Source of the DNA: Stylophora pistillata
Lineage: Eukaryota
Reading direction: 5' to 3'
Assembly: GCF_002571385.2 (NCBI RefSeq)
Contig: NW_019218803.1
Coordinates: 1-64,000 of the forward strand
DNA length: 64,000 nt
In this document: one piece after another, positions 13,529-27,168 of the stretch
Numbering within the stretch: the first letter of the stretch is position 1
Layout: each line of letters starts with the position of its first letter
The notes under the pieces: generated by a model
What the model was told of the DNA's origin: nothing
The model's database searches: none
What the model saw: only the letters and a program-made list of their open reading frames with translations
Translations under genes and position numbers: made by a program

Positions 13529-16500
13529 AACTATCGCTCAACCGGGGATCGGTGGATGTAGTCAGTCAATGGCGGGTTCGAGATCTTTTGTATAGAGAGC
13601 AATCTCTCGATATTTTTTGATGATTCTAATGCTTTATCCGAGATCATCAGCCAGTTGGGTGACAATTTTACGTTACCTGAGTACTTAATAAAATCATTAC
13701 GGTAACGTTTACTCGACTTTTATTTCAAGGTGTTAACTTCTCATAGGTGCAAGCGATGGGCATAAAAGCCTTCCAAACTAAACAATAACTTATATGATTA
13801 CATTAAACTAAAAGTACTCATGCTTTTATTTTTTATCCAAACCGAAGCGCATTAAGGTCAAAACAATATTATCGCTCAATTTAAACTGAAGAAATGCAAA
13901 CATTCATCCGATTAATTAGTCACTCACCCGTGATTAATTGATTATACCTTTTGATTCATTATGTAAATCCTGCTATATTCATTTCAGAATATTGTAATTC
14001 CAGTAGCCGGTTACGCATAAACCGTTACTGTCTTTCGGCAAATCTTGCAGAGCAATGAGCTCAAACTGGGTCGTTTTGGCAAATTTCCACTCAAAAACGG
14101 ATTCCACGAGGCATTGTTCCCTTTTTGCTCCTCCATCACTCCTGATTTATTTTGCCAAATTTAATTTCGAGTCCTTGATTCTGACACAATGGCCAATTGG
14201 TTTTACGCAAAGCTAAGGAAATAAATCAATGAAAAAATAATGGCAATGACTAAAGGAAGAGTTCGCAGTCATGTAACTCGCTATTAATTAATTTTTCTTT
14301 TAAAACAAATTGAATTTTTCTTTAAAAAATTTACCAGGAAGATAAATGGCCTTTGACAACTCATTCGCCGTGCATTTGAGATCTTGGGTGCAAGGAAACC
14401 ACGTTTTTTACCTGGAAAGCGTATGGTTTATCTTTTGTTTTGATCATTTAAAAATATACTGCTTTGTTTTGTGCGTAGGGCCCTTGACTCAAGGGCTCAA
14501 TAGACTCTGGACGCCAGGAACAAAGGGGTCATCCAGACCCTTACCACACCCTTTTGTTTTGCTTGCATAACTTAGGATTCCAGAGATATCTCTATTAAGT
14601 GAATATTGGCTCGATCTAATGAAAAAGTTGTTTTCCTCGGAGATAAGTGCTACACTTTATCAATGCTGTGGCATATGTCAGCTTCGGTCAAAGTCGATGA
14701 TAATACATTCCTTTTGCGAAGCCATCTAACTGCAGTCGTGCGATACATAGCAAGACAGGTCTCTGAGAGATAATTATCTTTAATTTTAACAAAGCTGCGT
14801 CAAAAAAAAAAAAAAAAGAGAGAAAAAAATCAAGGACTATATCGGTAATCCGCTGTTTTTTTAGGCTGAAGAATAACATCACGACAATGAATTTTCCAAC
14901 TTGTAATGAGCAGTTTTGTTTTTAACTTCCATTCTACTGTCTGTGGTAAAAAGGTTAAGAGTCTCTTTTCAAAATATGCTTTTACTTCTGATGCGAGATA
15001 AAATGTGTGGGTAGGAGGTTATAAAAGAAAGGACATTAAAATTACTTATGCCAATTTGAACAAGAATGCAAACTATTACGAATATTCTTTTCAATAGCTT
15101 TGATCCCCCATTAATTTTGTCACAAATTAGCTATTGCCTCACATCTTATTGGTCGACAAGGTAAGCCCGTGATCTGCTCTTCGCTCTCTCGCTCACGATG
15201 AGACTTTAGGCATTCGATCAGCGTGCAAGTCATTAATCGACTGGTTTTCGGATATCCTAGCGAAACGAAGACTGTTCTCTAAAACGAATCAAATCAAACA
15301 AACGGAAGAAGAAGCGACATTATTTACGAGAGGTAGGGTTCCAATTTAATCGGTATTCCAACCTTTGCTGGTGTCGATTTCACCATTCACCGAGCGACGA
15401 TATCATAATGTTCACGCCAGCAGCGGGCAAAAAATTCTGTCTGTGAGTGCATTAAGATTCTTAATCTTATTACAATATTATCGTTAAAGTTTACAACTCA
15501 GTCATTCATATCAAAAGATTTCCCTGCGGGATTCGTGTTCAAAACCAGTAGCTTGCATATTTCCCTTCATCAAAACACATTGATTGGCGAAGCGTGCAGT
15601 TAGAAATTTGTTGGTGTTAAAGACACACGAACAGAATTCTGTTTCAAACCATTTTGTTCATATTAATGTATTCTTTTCTAACGTGATAAGAAAGCGTTTT
15701 CAAGTGGAAAATTTGAACTTAGATGAAAACTCTCGGAGTAAACTACAGAATTAACGATGTGCGAGCGAATTTGGTAAGTCCGTCAACCATGTCTTTTAAT
15801 GGTACTTTCTCTCCTTCATTTTAAATTCACGCCAACGAGGTTACATCAGCTTTTGTTAGTGTCAAGGGCCAATAATTACTTCAAGGATTGCCGTAGTTTG
15901 ATTCTATTTACGTGTCTTTCCATTCTCTTTCCCCTATTTGACACAGGTCAAGAGGAGGGACTTATTCAAACTTCAACTTGTAAAAGTTATTTCTTTCAGT
16001 TGCCAATCTGTGTTGTGATGAAAATGCAGTTTGATATTTACCTCCAAGTATGTTTAGATTTTGGAACGAAAATTTATTGTTTTAGGCACGCTTCGACACT
16101 TGGACACACACGAAAGATGGACGTTGCTATAGCGAAAATGTCGATATTATTGACTTGCTCATAAGTCACGTTTATTCAGCATTTGTTTTTGTGTCACATC
16201 GTCTTTCAATTTTCATTTTCTGTTGATTAGCAAGCGTAGAAAAAATGTTCTTTTTGTTCCTCTTATAAAGGTCAACAATAGCGTCACTCCATCTTCTTTA
16301 TCCTCGCCCGACGGGAGTTTAAATGGCGGATTGTCGAAGAAGCGCCCAAATCAAGGAGATAGGGTCGTATGCATACTAAATAAGAAACCTCAACTTGGCC
16401 TCCTGAAATATATAGGGAGAACACATTTTGCCGAGGGCGAATGGTGTGGGATTGTGTTAGACGAAGCCTGTGGCAAAAACGACGGTTGTGTTCGTGGAGT

Positions 16501-19500
16501 GCGTTATTTTCGATGCAAGAATAAACACGGGATATTTGTACATTCGCACAAAGTTAGAACTGCCGATGACATTACACTGTCGCGATTAAACCTGATAGAA
16601 AGCCCTTGCAGTCCACAATTACCGGAAAAGAAGAATAAAAAAGGTAATCAGAGCGAGCAAAGCATGTCTTCTGGTGATGTGAAAGTAATGCGCACAAATA
16701 ATTGCGGGGTTTCTAAACAGGGAGACATTAACAAGCCGATGAAACAAACGAGAAGACACCGGTCTGTCTCTTTGGATCGATATCTGTTCCTAAAAGCCAA
16801 GCAACTGGCGAAGGGTTTAAATATATTTTTACACAATGCGGAAAAGAGCGGGAAAAGGAACACCTGGGAACAGAATTGTGTTAATCGCTCGCGTTCGATG
16901 CCTAAAATTTTCAAGGAAAATTTCCCTGACTCAAACGAGTATTACTTGAGCAGTGACATGGGTGATTTGGAGAATAATGTTTGGAACGAGAAAACGGCAT
17001 TTGATGCTGTGAATAAAGAACACATCTCGGTTGGAGATGATCCCAATAAGCCTTTAAAGATGACAGGTGTTCTTGACTTGCCAAGAGATGGAATAAATAA
17101 TTTAGCAGGAGATCTTCAGGGAACTCTTTTTGCACAGTCTTCATTGGAGAATTCCTCAAATGAACAGAATGGTGTTCAACCAAGTAAAGATAACATTTCT
17201 ACCAACGGAGAGAAAATTGCCCTTCACAAGAAAGTGGGACATGCTGTTTCCTTGGACACTCATTTCATGATCCAGAAAGGACACTTAACTATAACATCAA
17301 ATTCTGAGAACAGTGAATACACATGTGCATCCCATCTCTCTGCCAAAGAGGATCCCTTTATTCAAGGAAGATATTGCAGCTGTCCAAGCCTGGACTGTGC
17401 TGATCATTTTTCAGAAGCTATAACAGCCTGCCTGGATTTGGGGCGTAGAGAAAGGCCTATCATTCCTGAAGTTGAGAATGAGAATAGAAGCGAAACTGGC
17501 AATTCTGCTAAGCTACTAGGCAAAGACCAAACTCAACAGAAACATCCTCATGCGCAATCTGACACACTGCGGAAAATGTCTGACAGCAATGAATTGGTGA
17601 ATGGGGAATCTCTGATTTGTAGAGATACTGAATCAACACAGTTGAGAAGTTGGCCTTGTTTGACATCAACTCCTAAAAAACCTCTGAGGAGATGTAGCAG
17701 TAGCAGTGATATTAACACTGAAAGTACCCTCAATAGAAGTGGAGATTATGATGTGGTGTTTGATGATGATATTCTGTCGATATTGGCACCTGTTAAGCCA
17801 ATACCTAATAATACAGTGAAAAGGCCCCTTGTTCTAACTTGTGTTGACAGTTTGTCACAAGCCAGTGTTATCAAGGCTGCTAACAAAACAATTAAATCCC
17901 AAGATCAAGTGGTAGATACAGGTTCTAACTACACAGATAGTCTCTCCGGATCACAAGCCTCATTGTCATCGACTGGAACAAGTGACGGCAAAGGAAAAAA
18001 GATGTCTGCAACAAAAAGAATCCCTAGCTCTCTCAAAGCTCCCAAGTCCAAAGCAACATCAATACCAACAAGAGGTAACAGCACATCAAAAACAACACAA
18101 CAGAAGCAGTCTAGGCTAGAACAAATACGTCAACAGCAAAATAAAAAAGTTAACTTATCATCTGAGGGTAAATTTTCAAACAGAACTGGGCCTAATACAG
18201 GACACAAGCAGGAAGTTAAAATACAGAAACGACACACTCTGGCTACAATACCTGACCCGAAATCATTTGTACCTCGTCCAACAGTCAGTAAAAGACCAAT
18301 AAGTGGTGAGGTCATAGAGCATTCACCCAAAGAGGAATCTAAAACCTCAAAACTTCCTGTTAAGAAGCTAAGCACACCATCACAGATTTCAAAACCAGCA
18401 GCAGCTGCCAAACTGGAAAAGAAAACAGACAGTGCCGCTGTTCAGACACGGCATAATACTGTAGGAAGTCGACCGCCAGTAACCGCTGCTGTGAAGAGAG
18501 AATCTGGCTTGGCTAGGTCAGATTCAAGTGCACGGAAACCTAGCAGGACAGCCCTTCCACAGAAGACTACAGGCAAAGAGAAAGTAATGGCTATTAATGG
18601 TGGACAGAAGTCTATAAGAGAACAAACTCCAGGGTCACTTCAAGGATCAAAAGGGTCATGTACAACAGTTGGGTCAAAACTGCAAACATCAAATGTGAGG
18701 AGATCTCACAGTTCTACTAAAGGTAAATATCTCTAATAATAATATATATCTAGTGCCACTTATGATGATGATGATGATGATATTGATAATATGATAAATC
18801 TCAATTTTAATTTAAAATTCATGTGTTTGAATTGGTAATTAATGTAGATCTGTTCTTTTTCCTCTAACCTGGCCTGATCTCTTGGAGTTTTAGGTTTTTT
18901 GTCGAAAAAAAAAAAAACAAAAAAAGAAAACAGGCATTACTGTGTTAATGGAACACAATGCATGTTAAGTTATATCAAATAGGTCTATGAAATTTATGTT
19001 CAATCATGTTCCTGAGACATCATGTTGGTATTACAGCTATTAAGACTTTGTTAAACTGTTTATGCATAATTTTACCCCAGTGTAATGTTTGGTTTAATGT
19101 CAATTTTGCCAACGTTAACAGTATAAACCTTAAATGGAATTTTAAAAATTTTTTGAAATTACCAAAACTTGCCTGGAATTTTTGTTCAACAAAAAAATAC
19201 AGAATGTAGCTTATGAGTATTAACCAATAAATATGTCGTGTCATTTGCAACAGTTCCTTTCATTTGGAAAAAAGGTTTCTCTACATTTAAGCAAAATATT
19301 TGCAAATCTGATATTTTCTTTGATTAGAAACAGTTGATGTACCTTTTAAAAGTGGAGTATTTTGAAGATAGAGCAGTACAGCATGATAGTGGAACAAAAT
19401 TTTTTGTACAGACTGGAAATGAAGTAGCAGAATTTTTAAAGCTAGTCAAGTGAAGTAAAGCATTATTCACCAAAGAACACATTTTATGGAAATTTATTAA

Positions 19501-22500
19501 GCATTTCCACATATTGCATTCTTCTGAACCATATATAATTAATATTTGGTTAACATCTCATGTATAAATAATATTCCAGACAGAATGAATGGATGACATT
19601 TCATTCACTAATGGACTCAAACATTGTTGAACAAAAAATTATTTCCATTTCTTTGACACATATTTTATTTGAGTTACAATGTCTTAGAAAGGATATGAGA
19701 GACTTGGAGTGTTTTCTTGTAAAGTATTTTCGTAAAAGAAGAGAAGAGAAATCTGATTTAAGCAAAGCCAAAAGCGAGCCAAATGTTGCTTGTACAGGTA
19801 ACTATATGGGGTAAATATGTGATATCTCCTGACAAACAGCTTGACTGTTCTCCATCAGTTTTTTCCTTCTTTGAACTTAAAGTTTATTTTTGTGAGAGTT
19901 AAAAAGGTTTGGTCTGTTTTACAAAAAGTAGAGATGAACAGATGCAATTTTTACGAGAAGGATTTGGTCAAGTGAAATAATTTGGTGAATGCTCTTCTAT
20001 CTCACTGGACTTCTCATGTTTGTTTCATTTAATTAAATTTAGCAGCATAATGTTCTCAATCATGTTCATCCGTGGCTCTCAAGCTTTAAGGTGAAGGGCA
20101 TAAAGTATATATTTTATCGTTAATGGGAAAATGTGTAATTTGATATAAGAAATTTTTTTATTTTTTTTAATTAATAGCTTTCAGGCCTGTGGGGTAACTG
20201 AAAAAAAAAACTAACCTGATGTCAAGCGAAAATCTAGTTGAAAGATTATGTGGCTCATTTAAAATCAAAGATGGTCAGAAATGCCTTTGCATGCTTGCTC
20301 TTATTTTGGTTCGAATTTCAATTCACATGTTTTTTTTCCTTAGGCAAGGGAATACTTTGTCTAGTTCTCAATTTTAAGAGGCCCCCTAAATTTATTTATA
20401 TTTTATCTATTAATTAGTTTGTTCTGCTGCATTTGTTTGTTTTGCAGAGAAAACACAGGCACCCTCAAAAGCAGTCAACAGACAGACAGCATCAGCCTCA
20501 TCCAATAAAAAGCCCCTGCAAGTTGTAAAACAACATACAAAACAAACTCCAGCAAGTCAAAAGCAGGGGTCCTCAAAACTGCCCAGAAAGATTTCAGGAC
20601 AGCTTAGCAATGCTAGCGACAGTGTATCGGTAACAAGCAGCATCAGAGACCAAGATCACCTAGATGACTTCATTGATTCTGAGGGTGATACGGTATCTGT
20701 CCACTCTGACACTTTCAGCCATAGTGCAAGAGATTTCTCAAGCAGAAATTCACAGCAAGACAACTTTTCTCTTGAGGGAGACACTGCTTTGCACAACTTA
20801 GATGAAAATGATGGTTCTACAACAATGGTACTTGCCAGTTCTCCACTAGAAGTACCCTGCAGAACAATGCCACCGGATATTTTAAGTGAGACACCATACC
20901 TGATAAAGCATTCTGTTGGAATTCAGGTGGAGGATACAAGTCATTTAAAAGCTATTGAGGATGTCAAGGAGAAAGCACAGCATCTCAGTGAGCTTTTGAA
21001 ACACAGGACGGATCTCTGCAGCCAGCTAAAGGATCAAATTGACAACAATAGTAATGACTTTGTGGCAGCATCTCTGCTGATTCTGACTACTTCACGTAAG
21101 GTGAGAAATCTTGCACCACTGATGTGGGCATAAAGAATTCATATCATAAACTGTAGATGGGACTTGGGGCTAGGAACATGTTTTATAGTTTGAAGTGGAT
21201 GGGAGATGTGGGGTAGAAAGATAAGAAAAGGGCTAAAAGCAGGTACTCCGAGGGAAAGGAACAAGAGACAAAGTTCATGGCCATCATTGATTGGCATTGC
21301 TTTGCAAAAAGGAGTAGTAGGTAGTGAGTCCAAGGTGGGAAAGCCCAGAAGGGGACTGTAAAGATAGGCAAGATTCTCACACCCCCCTGACTCCCCTTCC
21401 CACCCCCTTTGATGTATAAGAACAAAAGCTTTAGCCAACTATTGTAAATTACGTGATTCTTAATAATATTAAGAGTCATCCAGATAGATATGTGTGAAGT
21501 AAGGTGTCAGTGCTATTGAAGATATTGTCTGGGAGGGGAGTCCAATTAGGTGGATGCAATTATAGAGGGTGGTTCTCTAGAAAAAAAGCTTGGTATATCT
21601 TTGTTAAAGTCGTAATTCAAGGCATTTTATTTCAAATCCACAGCTGGTTTGGTGTCAAAAGTACAGCAATCAGCTCCAAAGGAAAATTGAATCAACTTTT
21701 CAGGAGATGAAAGTCATTCAGGAGAAACTTGGTATGTCTATGTCAACTCAGCTTCTTGATACAGCTGGTCAACCAGCATATTATTTCTGTTCTACTATAA
21801 ATGCTTAGAAATTCCTGTCTTGCAGTTGAAGAGGAAGCAAATTGTGTCAAGCTACAAGAAGAGATGATGTACCAGAGAAGTGAACATGCAGTTGCTATTG
21901 AAACCTTAAAGGCCGACTATGAAAACCTGCTAGAGGAGACAAGCTCAGAGCTCAAGCGTAAACACGAGGGAGAAATTCAGTTAGGTAAAATAGATCAATC
22001 ATTAGCAATTGATCGTCAATTTTATTAACTATTGAAATGATCATTTTGTAAGTTGTGTTGCCCTTATCTTCCAGCTATTGAAACTCACAGATCACAAGTA
22101 CATGAAATGAAGGAAGAGCAGGAGAAACAGGTAAGTTAACCCTTTACACAACCCTAACATGAGTATGTATCTTCTCCATACTGTTCTCTATTTTGTTTCT
22201 TAAGGTGCTGACAAGGAGAATTTGTTTGACAACCAAAAGTTTCTTTAGTTGGTGATCATTTCCTTTTTTCTCATGACTGTGATGTGTGATTCAGGGGTGA
22301 TAAAAAAAAAAAATAAATGTAAGGAGAAGTGAGATGCTAGTCACTCTCAGGTGTTAACCTTTCACTCCCAAGATCTGATTAGAAATTCTCCTTACTGTCT
22401 ATGATACAATTGTTACGATCTTAGTGCGGAGAATTTGGTCGTGGATCAACTAAAACTTCCCTAATTGATGATTTTCTTTATTCTCATCACTTGTCTGCTT

Positions 22501-25500
22501 GATATTGTATTGATATTGTAAGGAGAAATACTGTCTTGGTCACTTGTGGGAGTTGAAGGGTTATTTTTAAGGACTAACTGTGTAACTTTTAGGCTTTATA
22601 AAATTGATTTAGTTTTGTCTGGGATCTCAAAAGTTTGCACTGTGGTTTTAAAATCTAGATTCTGTTAGATGTCCAAAACTTGACTTCCTGCTTTTCTCTG
22701 AATAGGTGGCACAAATGAGGAAGACTCATGATGAACTCGTAGCATCCTTAAAGGACAAGCATCAAGATGAAATTGCTGACTTAGATAGCAAACACTCTAG
22801 TGCAGTTGATGGTAAGTCAGTTGTAGCTGCGTGGTAACAGTTATTATAGTCAAATAAATGGAACTCCTGCAATGGCAACTCAGTTCCCATGATCTGAGGT
22901 ATAATTTTCCTTTCCCAGGTGATTACCAGTAGGGGTGTTCCAGAGGTATCTTTATCTGGTAAAATTTTGAATGTTAAATCATCAGGAAATTCTATTTCCA
23001 ATACATGTTTCATGTTTGTAAACATATTTCATGTTTGTAAACATATTTCATGTTTGTAAACATATTTCATGTTTGTAAACATATTTCATGTTTGTAAATT
23101 TATTTCATGTTTGTAAATTTATTTCATGTTTGTAAACATATTTCATGTTTGTAAACATATTTCATGTTTGTAAACATATTTCATGCCTTACTTATTTACA
23201 TGGAGATGTTTCTCATTTGCATCAGACAATTGCTAGGCTAGAATGAAACAACTGTGTAGTTATGTATTCTAGATGTTCTTCAAGTTGGATTTACAAATAT
23301 AATCAATTGAATATTACTGTTCTAACTACTGTATGTAATGTTTCTTTTTCTAGAGCTTGTTGAGGAACACCAAGTGGAAATAGAAACCATCAAAGCAGAT
23401 TATGAAGAACAGCAGTCAGAAATGAAGGTAATCAGGGAGTATGATTTTATTGTCCAGGCTCTCATTTTTCTGTTAGTGAATTTATAACATCATGTATAAC
23501 ATCCACACATTATCCAACAAAAAGGCAAATGAGAATACTCAAACTTATCAAGTAGAAGTTGTTATCTTGAACTAACACCAAACACTCGCAACTGATTAAC
23601 AAGGAAATGTGTACCAAATATGGAGAATAGGAAATAAGATCTTGGCACTTAAAAGGGTTAAGAGTTTGTCATTTAATCTTAAAATATCGCTTCAGTCTAT
23701 GTGAGTCTCCTTCTTGAGAGTGTTGACAGTGGCTGTATATTGTAACAGCAAGTGTATTATCTTCTGATCCCTTTTTTTTTTTTTTTTTCAGGAAAAATAT
23801 GACAAGCTACTGAGTGAGCATGGTTCATTGAACAGAAAGTTTCAGCAGCTTCAGGATGATAATCAAAGGGATATTGAGACCCGAATACAGGTAAACATGT
23901 TTGATATTTTCACTAAAAACTTGTTCTCTTCCATTTCATTGGTTATGATTAGTATTGGTGATGTTTGTGGCTTTTTCTTTCAAATTTCAGGAAGCCATCA
24001 AAAAGTATGAGTCTTTGCCAGCTGAACTTGAAAGCTTAAAAGCCGTGCTGGAAATGAAGAACGAAGAGATAAGGCAGTTGAGGAAGGAGAAAATGGAGAA
24101 GCATCTGGAGGTATATATGTACTTACTATCCTATAATCCAGAAGAGTGAGACAGAGCTGAATAATGAAATGCTATGTCAGTGAGTTGCGGTCAACAATGC
24201 GGGTTCAAGTGTCCTAGTTCTAAAATTTTGCAAAATTAGCAGAAAATAATAAGGGCTGACTTTTAAAACTGAGGAACTCTGTTTTTGTCAAAGGCATTTT
24301 CCTATTTCCAGAGGTTTTAAGGAGAAAATTAATTTTTGAAAATTTTTAGGGGGTGTACCAATTTTTTGCAGGTTGTTCTGTAAAAGAAAAGCAGCAAGGA
24401 AAATGACACCTCCAAGCAACGGAATAGGAAATAATTAATGCGAACAACTCAAAATCCGTGCTTCCACAGCAAAATCTAGCACATGCGTGTACGTTATTCA
24501 GCTCTGTTGAAGAGTGATTATCATCTGATTTCCCTCTACAGTAATACTACTGTAACTGTAGTTATTTATTAACAACATGTATGCGGATAAAGGAACTGAT
24601 GGCCAACCTACGAAGCTTTGATTGTTGAATGAATACTCTTTATCATGCATTATCAAAGGAAATGCAGAAGAGCATGGCGAATATGGATACAAATTTGGGA
24701 TGAAGAGGGTTGGTTGTACTTTCAGAAATGTTTTTTGTGCAAAACAGAGTTCAGTATGAGTGTCAGTCCAGAAGTATGCTATGTTATAATTTTATTTATA
24801 AATTTGTTGACATGTTATGCTGCTTTAACATTTGGTTGACTTTCAGTTGGAGAAACTTGAAGATGTCAAAGCAAAAACAAAGAAACTTCAGCAAGAAAAT
24901 GAGTCGTTATCTTTTGTGGTGGAGACAAAGTCAAGGTTTGAGAGGTGTGTACAATTTTTCCATGCAAGGAAGGAGCTGGGCATAATTATACTACCTCTGA
25001 TCATGCATTAATGTAGTCATAAATGTCATCATAGATACTTAAAAGTATTTGGGAGAGACTAACATTGCTCATGGTCAATTATTTATGGGTGTGAGCCTGG
25101 AACAATGGGTGAATCCACACAAAGTTGTGTTATAGTTAAACTCTTTGAGACAAATATTGTGAGAGAAAAAAGTTGCAATTAACAACTTGTCTTGAAATGA
25201 ATTTCCTTTGACCTGCACAGAGATGAAATTCAAGCCAAGAAATGATTCTGGCAGGTGGACTGCAGCTTTTATTAGTAATTGCAGAAAAAATAAGCCTATT
25301 AAAAGAAATTCAGGCTTTGATGGGATTACAACCTGTGCCTTCCAGACACTAGTTGAGTGCTGCTACTACCCGAGGAACATTGTACAAAGCCATAATTTGG
25401 GAATGAGGACAAGTTGCTATTTTTAGCTGCTTTTCAGTTTGAAGTCCCATCCTACAGATTAGACAGAAAAGAAAATGAAATACTGGTAGAAAGCCAAACA

Positions 25501-25968
25501 GACCAATTAAGGCAGACCTCAAGATAAAACTATCCTTACTGAATTTTATTTAACCTTGGAAGTTTTAAGTGAGCCCCAACTTTTTCTGGCTCACCTCCAG
25601 TCATATCAAATTTAAAAAAATCCCACGTGAACTTTCAACTTTATTTTAAATGGGCTTTCTTTCTTGAGTTTATTTCAAGATCTAGGGCTTCTTGTGTTGT
25701 GGAGGAATGCTGTGACATAATTGTTGGACATCACTTTCATTTTAGGCAACTTTCTGTTGAGCGAGACACATTAAGGAATAGTTTGGAAAGGGAGTCAGCC
25801 AAAAGCAAGAGACTTTCCTTGGAAAATGAAGAATTACAGTGGCGTCTGGTCAATAGCACGAGTCCTCCATGTACACCAACTGATGAGGGTGGTCCATTCT
25901 CAATAGCAAAACAAAATAGTAATCGCCTCTCAGCTAGTTTCCCTGATGTTGAAAGCATAGATGAATAG
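12953..25968 (+). CDS. CAP-Gly domain + MTUS1/MTUS2/CCDC69-like C-terminal coiled-coil microtubule-associated protein, 12 exons, about 1545 aa
   Basis: Exons 12953-13462, 16271-18722, 20448-21100, 21644-21731, 21826-21984, 22075-22130, 22706-22811, 23354-23427, 23792-23890, 23991-24110, 24847-24944, 25746-25968. Phase-consistent, 4638 nt. CAP-Gly: YIGRTHFAEGEWCGIVLDEACGKNDGCVRGVRYF. C-terminal ELESLKAVLEMKNEEI and RQLSVERDTLRNSLERESAKSKRLSLENEELQWRL match the MTUS family as I recall it. The first exon is the least certain. Confidence 0.85.
13493..13525. repeat. (AG)n microsatellite
   Basis: Direct reading. Confidence 0.95.
22136..22563. mobile_element. Two adjacent TTAACCCTT...AAGGGTTAA-type MITEs (piggyBac-like). 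Family members also near 6490-6647, 23480-23662, 30190-30393, 38978-39204, 57737-57870, 59876-60085 and 63685-63883
   Basis: Shared internal blocks ACAAGGAGAATTTG, GGTGATCATTTC and GTAAGGAGAAATT, with TTAACCCT/AGGGTTAA termini. Confidence 0.75.
23002..23186. repeat. 19-bp minisatellite (ACATATTTCATGTTTGTAA)n, about 10 copies, intronic
   Basis: Direct reading. Confidence 0.95.
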
Positions 25969-26854
25969 GAAATTAAAAGCCAATGTTTCCAGCTGAATAT
26001 GTAATGGTTCAATTCATCCCAACAACTTGCTAATAGACATTATTTACTATTATACGAAAACAAGAATGTGCAACTAGGCAGGGTAGAAAATGTCAAAGAA
26101 AGTAAGTTATTGCTTTGCCTGTCATTCTTCCATCCAGTACTGCAATGGCACGGAGATAGATGAATATTAATATGTAAATGTCTATAAAAAAAAAAAAAAA
26201 GAGAACTAAGATTTTCATTCTCCCGTGTGAGAGCTTTGATGGAGCCAACAGTTATCATGATTTAGTGGTAGCTTATCAATGTAGATCTTCTTTTTTTTCA
26301 GATTAACACTAAAAAATAATTCAAATTAGTAAGAATTGGTTTGTCAAAGACTGAGTTCCTGATATACCACTCTTTTTAATGTTCAATTATGAGACACTTG
26401 TTAGTTCTCTCTATCTCCATGCATCTCCTTGTGTGGGAAAATCCTTACTTTTGTCTGCTAAGGGAACTCAACACCTTGCTACTAATGATGTGTGCAATTT
26501 TTATTAACATTTTTATTTTTTATGTCATATAGCATCTGGCTTTAGTTTTATTGTTGCGATTGTTCATTGAAGAAATGTTTTGTTTTTTGTAGTAAGTACT
26601 TAAAGTTATTATTTCTTAAATACAGCATATCACTTGTCTTTTGGAATCTAGGAAGAACTTGTGTCATATTTGCAAGAGAAGATTATTGATCATGGAAATA
26701 ATTATGATCTTTGCAAAGTTGTAGAAGACTTAATGATGTTTGAAACATCTGTGTTCTCCAGCAATTCTGGCGAGTGGCATTTGTGCTGGCCACTTGTTTC
26801 CTAAGTGCGTGCTACAAAGCATTAAAATACCTGTCTTGACCTGAAATAAATTAT

Positions 26855-27168
26855 ATTATTACATGACTCGGGAAGTCAGAGGGCCAATAACTAAAATCAA
26901 CCAATCAAAATGCTCTATTGCTGATCAATATTCTCTCAGTATTGGACCGGACATTGCCCCGAATGGTCCCGAATGATACCGCACTTGTGTCCCTTTGAAC
27001 TTCAGTCGTGTAATAAATCTCTTATTAACCAAGCTTGCTCGGGACCATACTGGAAGAATATGGGCCCTCGGTCTTATTTGTATGGACTTTGCTGCGTTCG
27101 GGTTTACTGTCGAGACCTCAGGCCGATATTCTCCCAGTACGGCCCTCACGCTTGGTTAATAAGATATA
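26855..27168. mobile_element. Interspersed repeat with a hairpin-forming right end; second copy at 63309-63630, related element at 42760-43072
   Basis: TATTACATGACTCGGG.AGTCAGAGGGCCAATAACTAAAATCAACCAATCAAAATGC is shared with 63309. Inverted arms TCTTATTAACCAAGC...GCTTGGTTAATAAGA. Confidence 0.8.
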
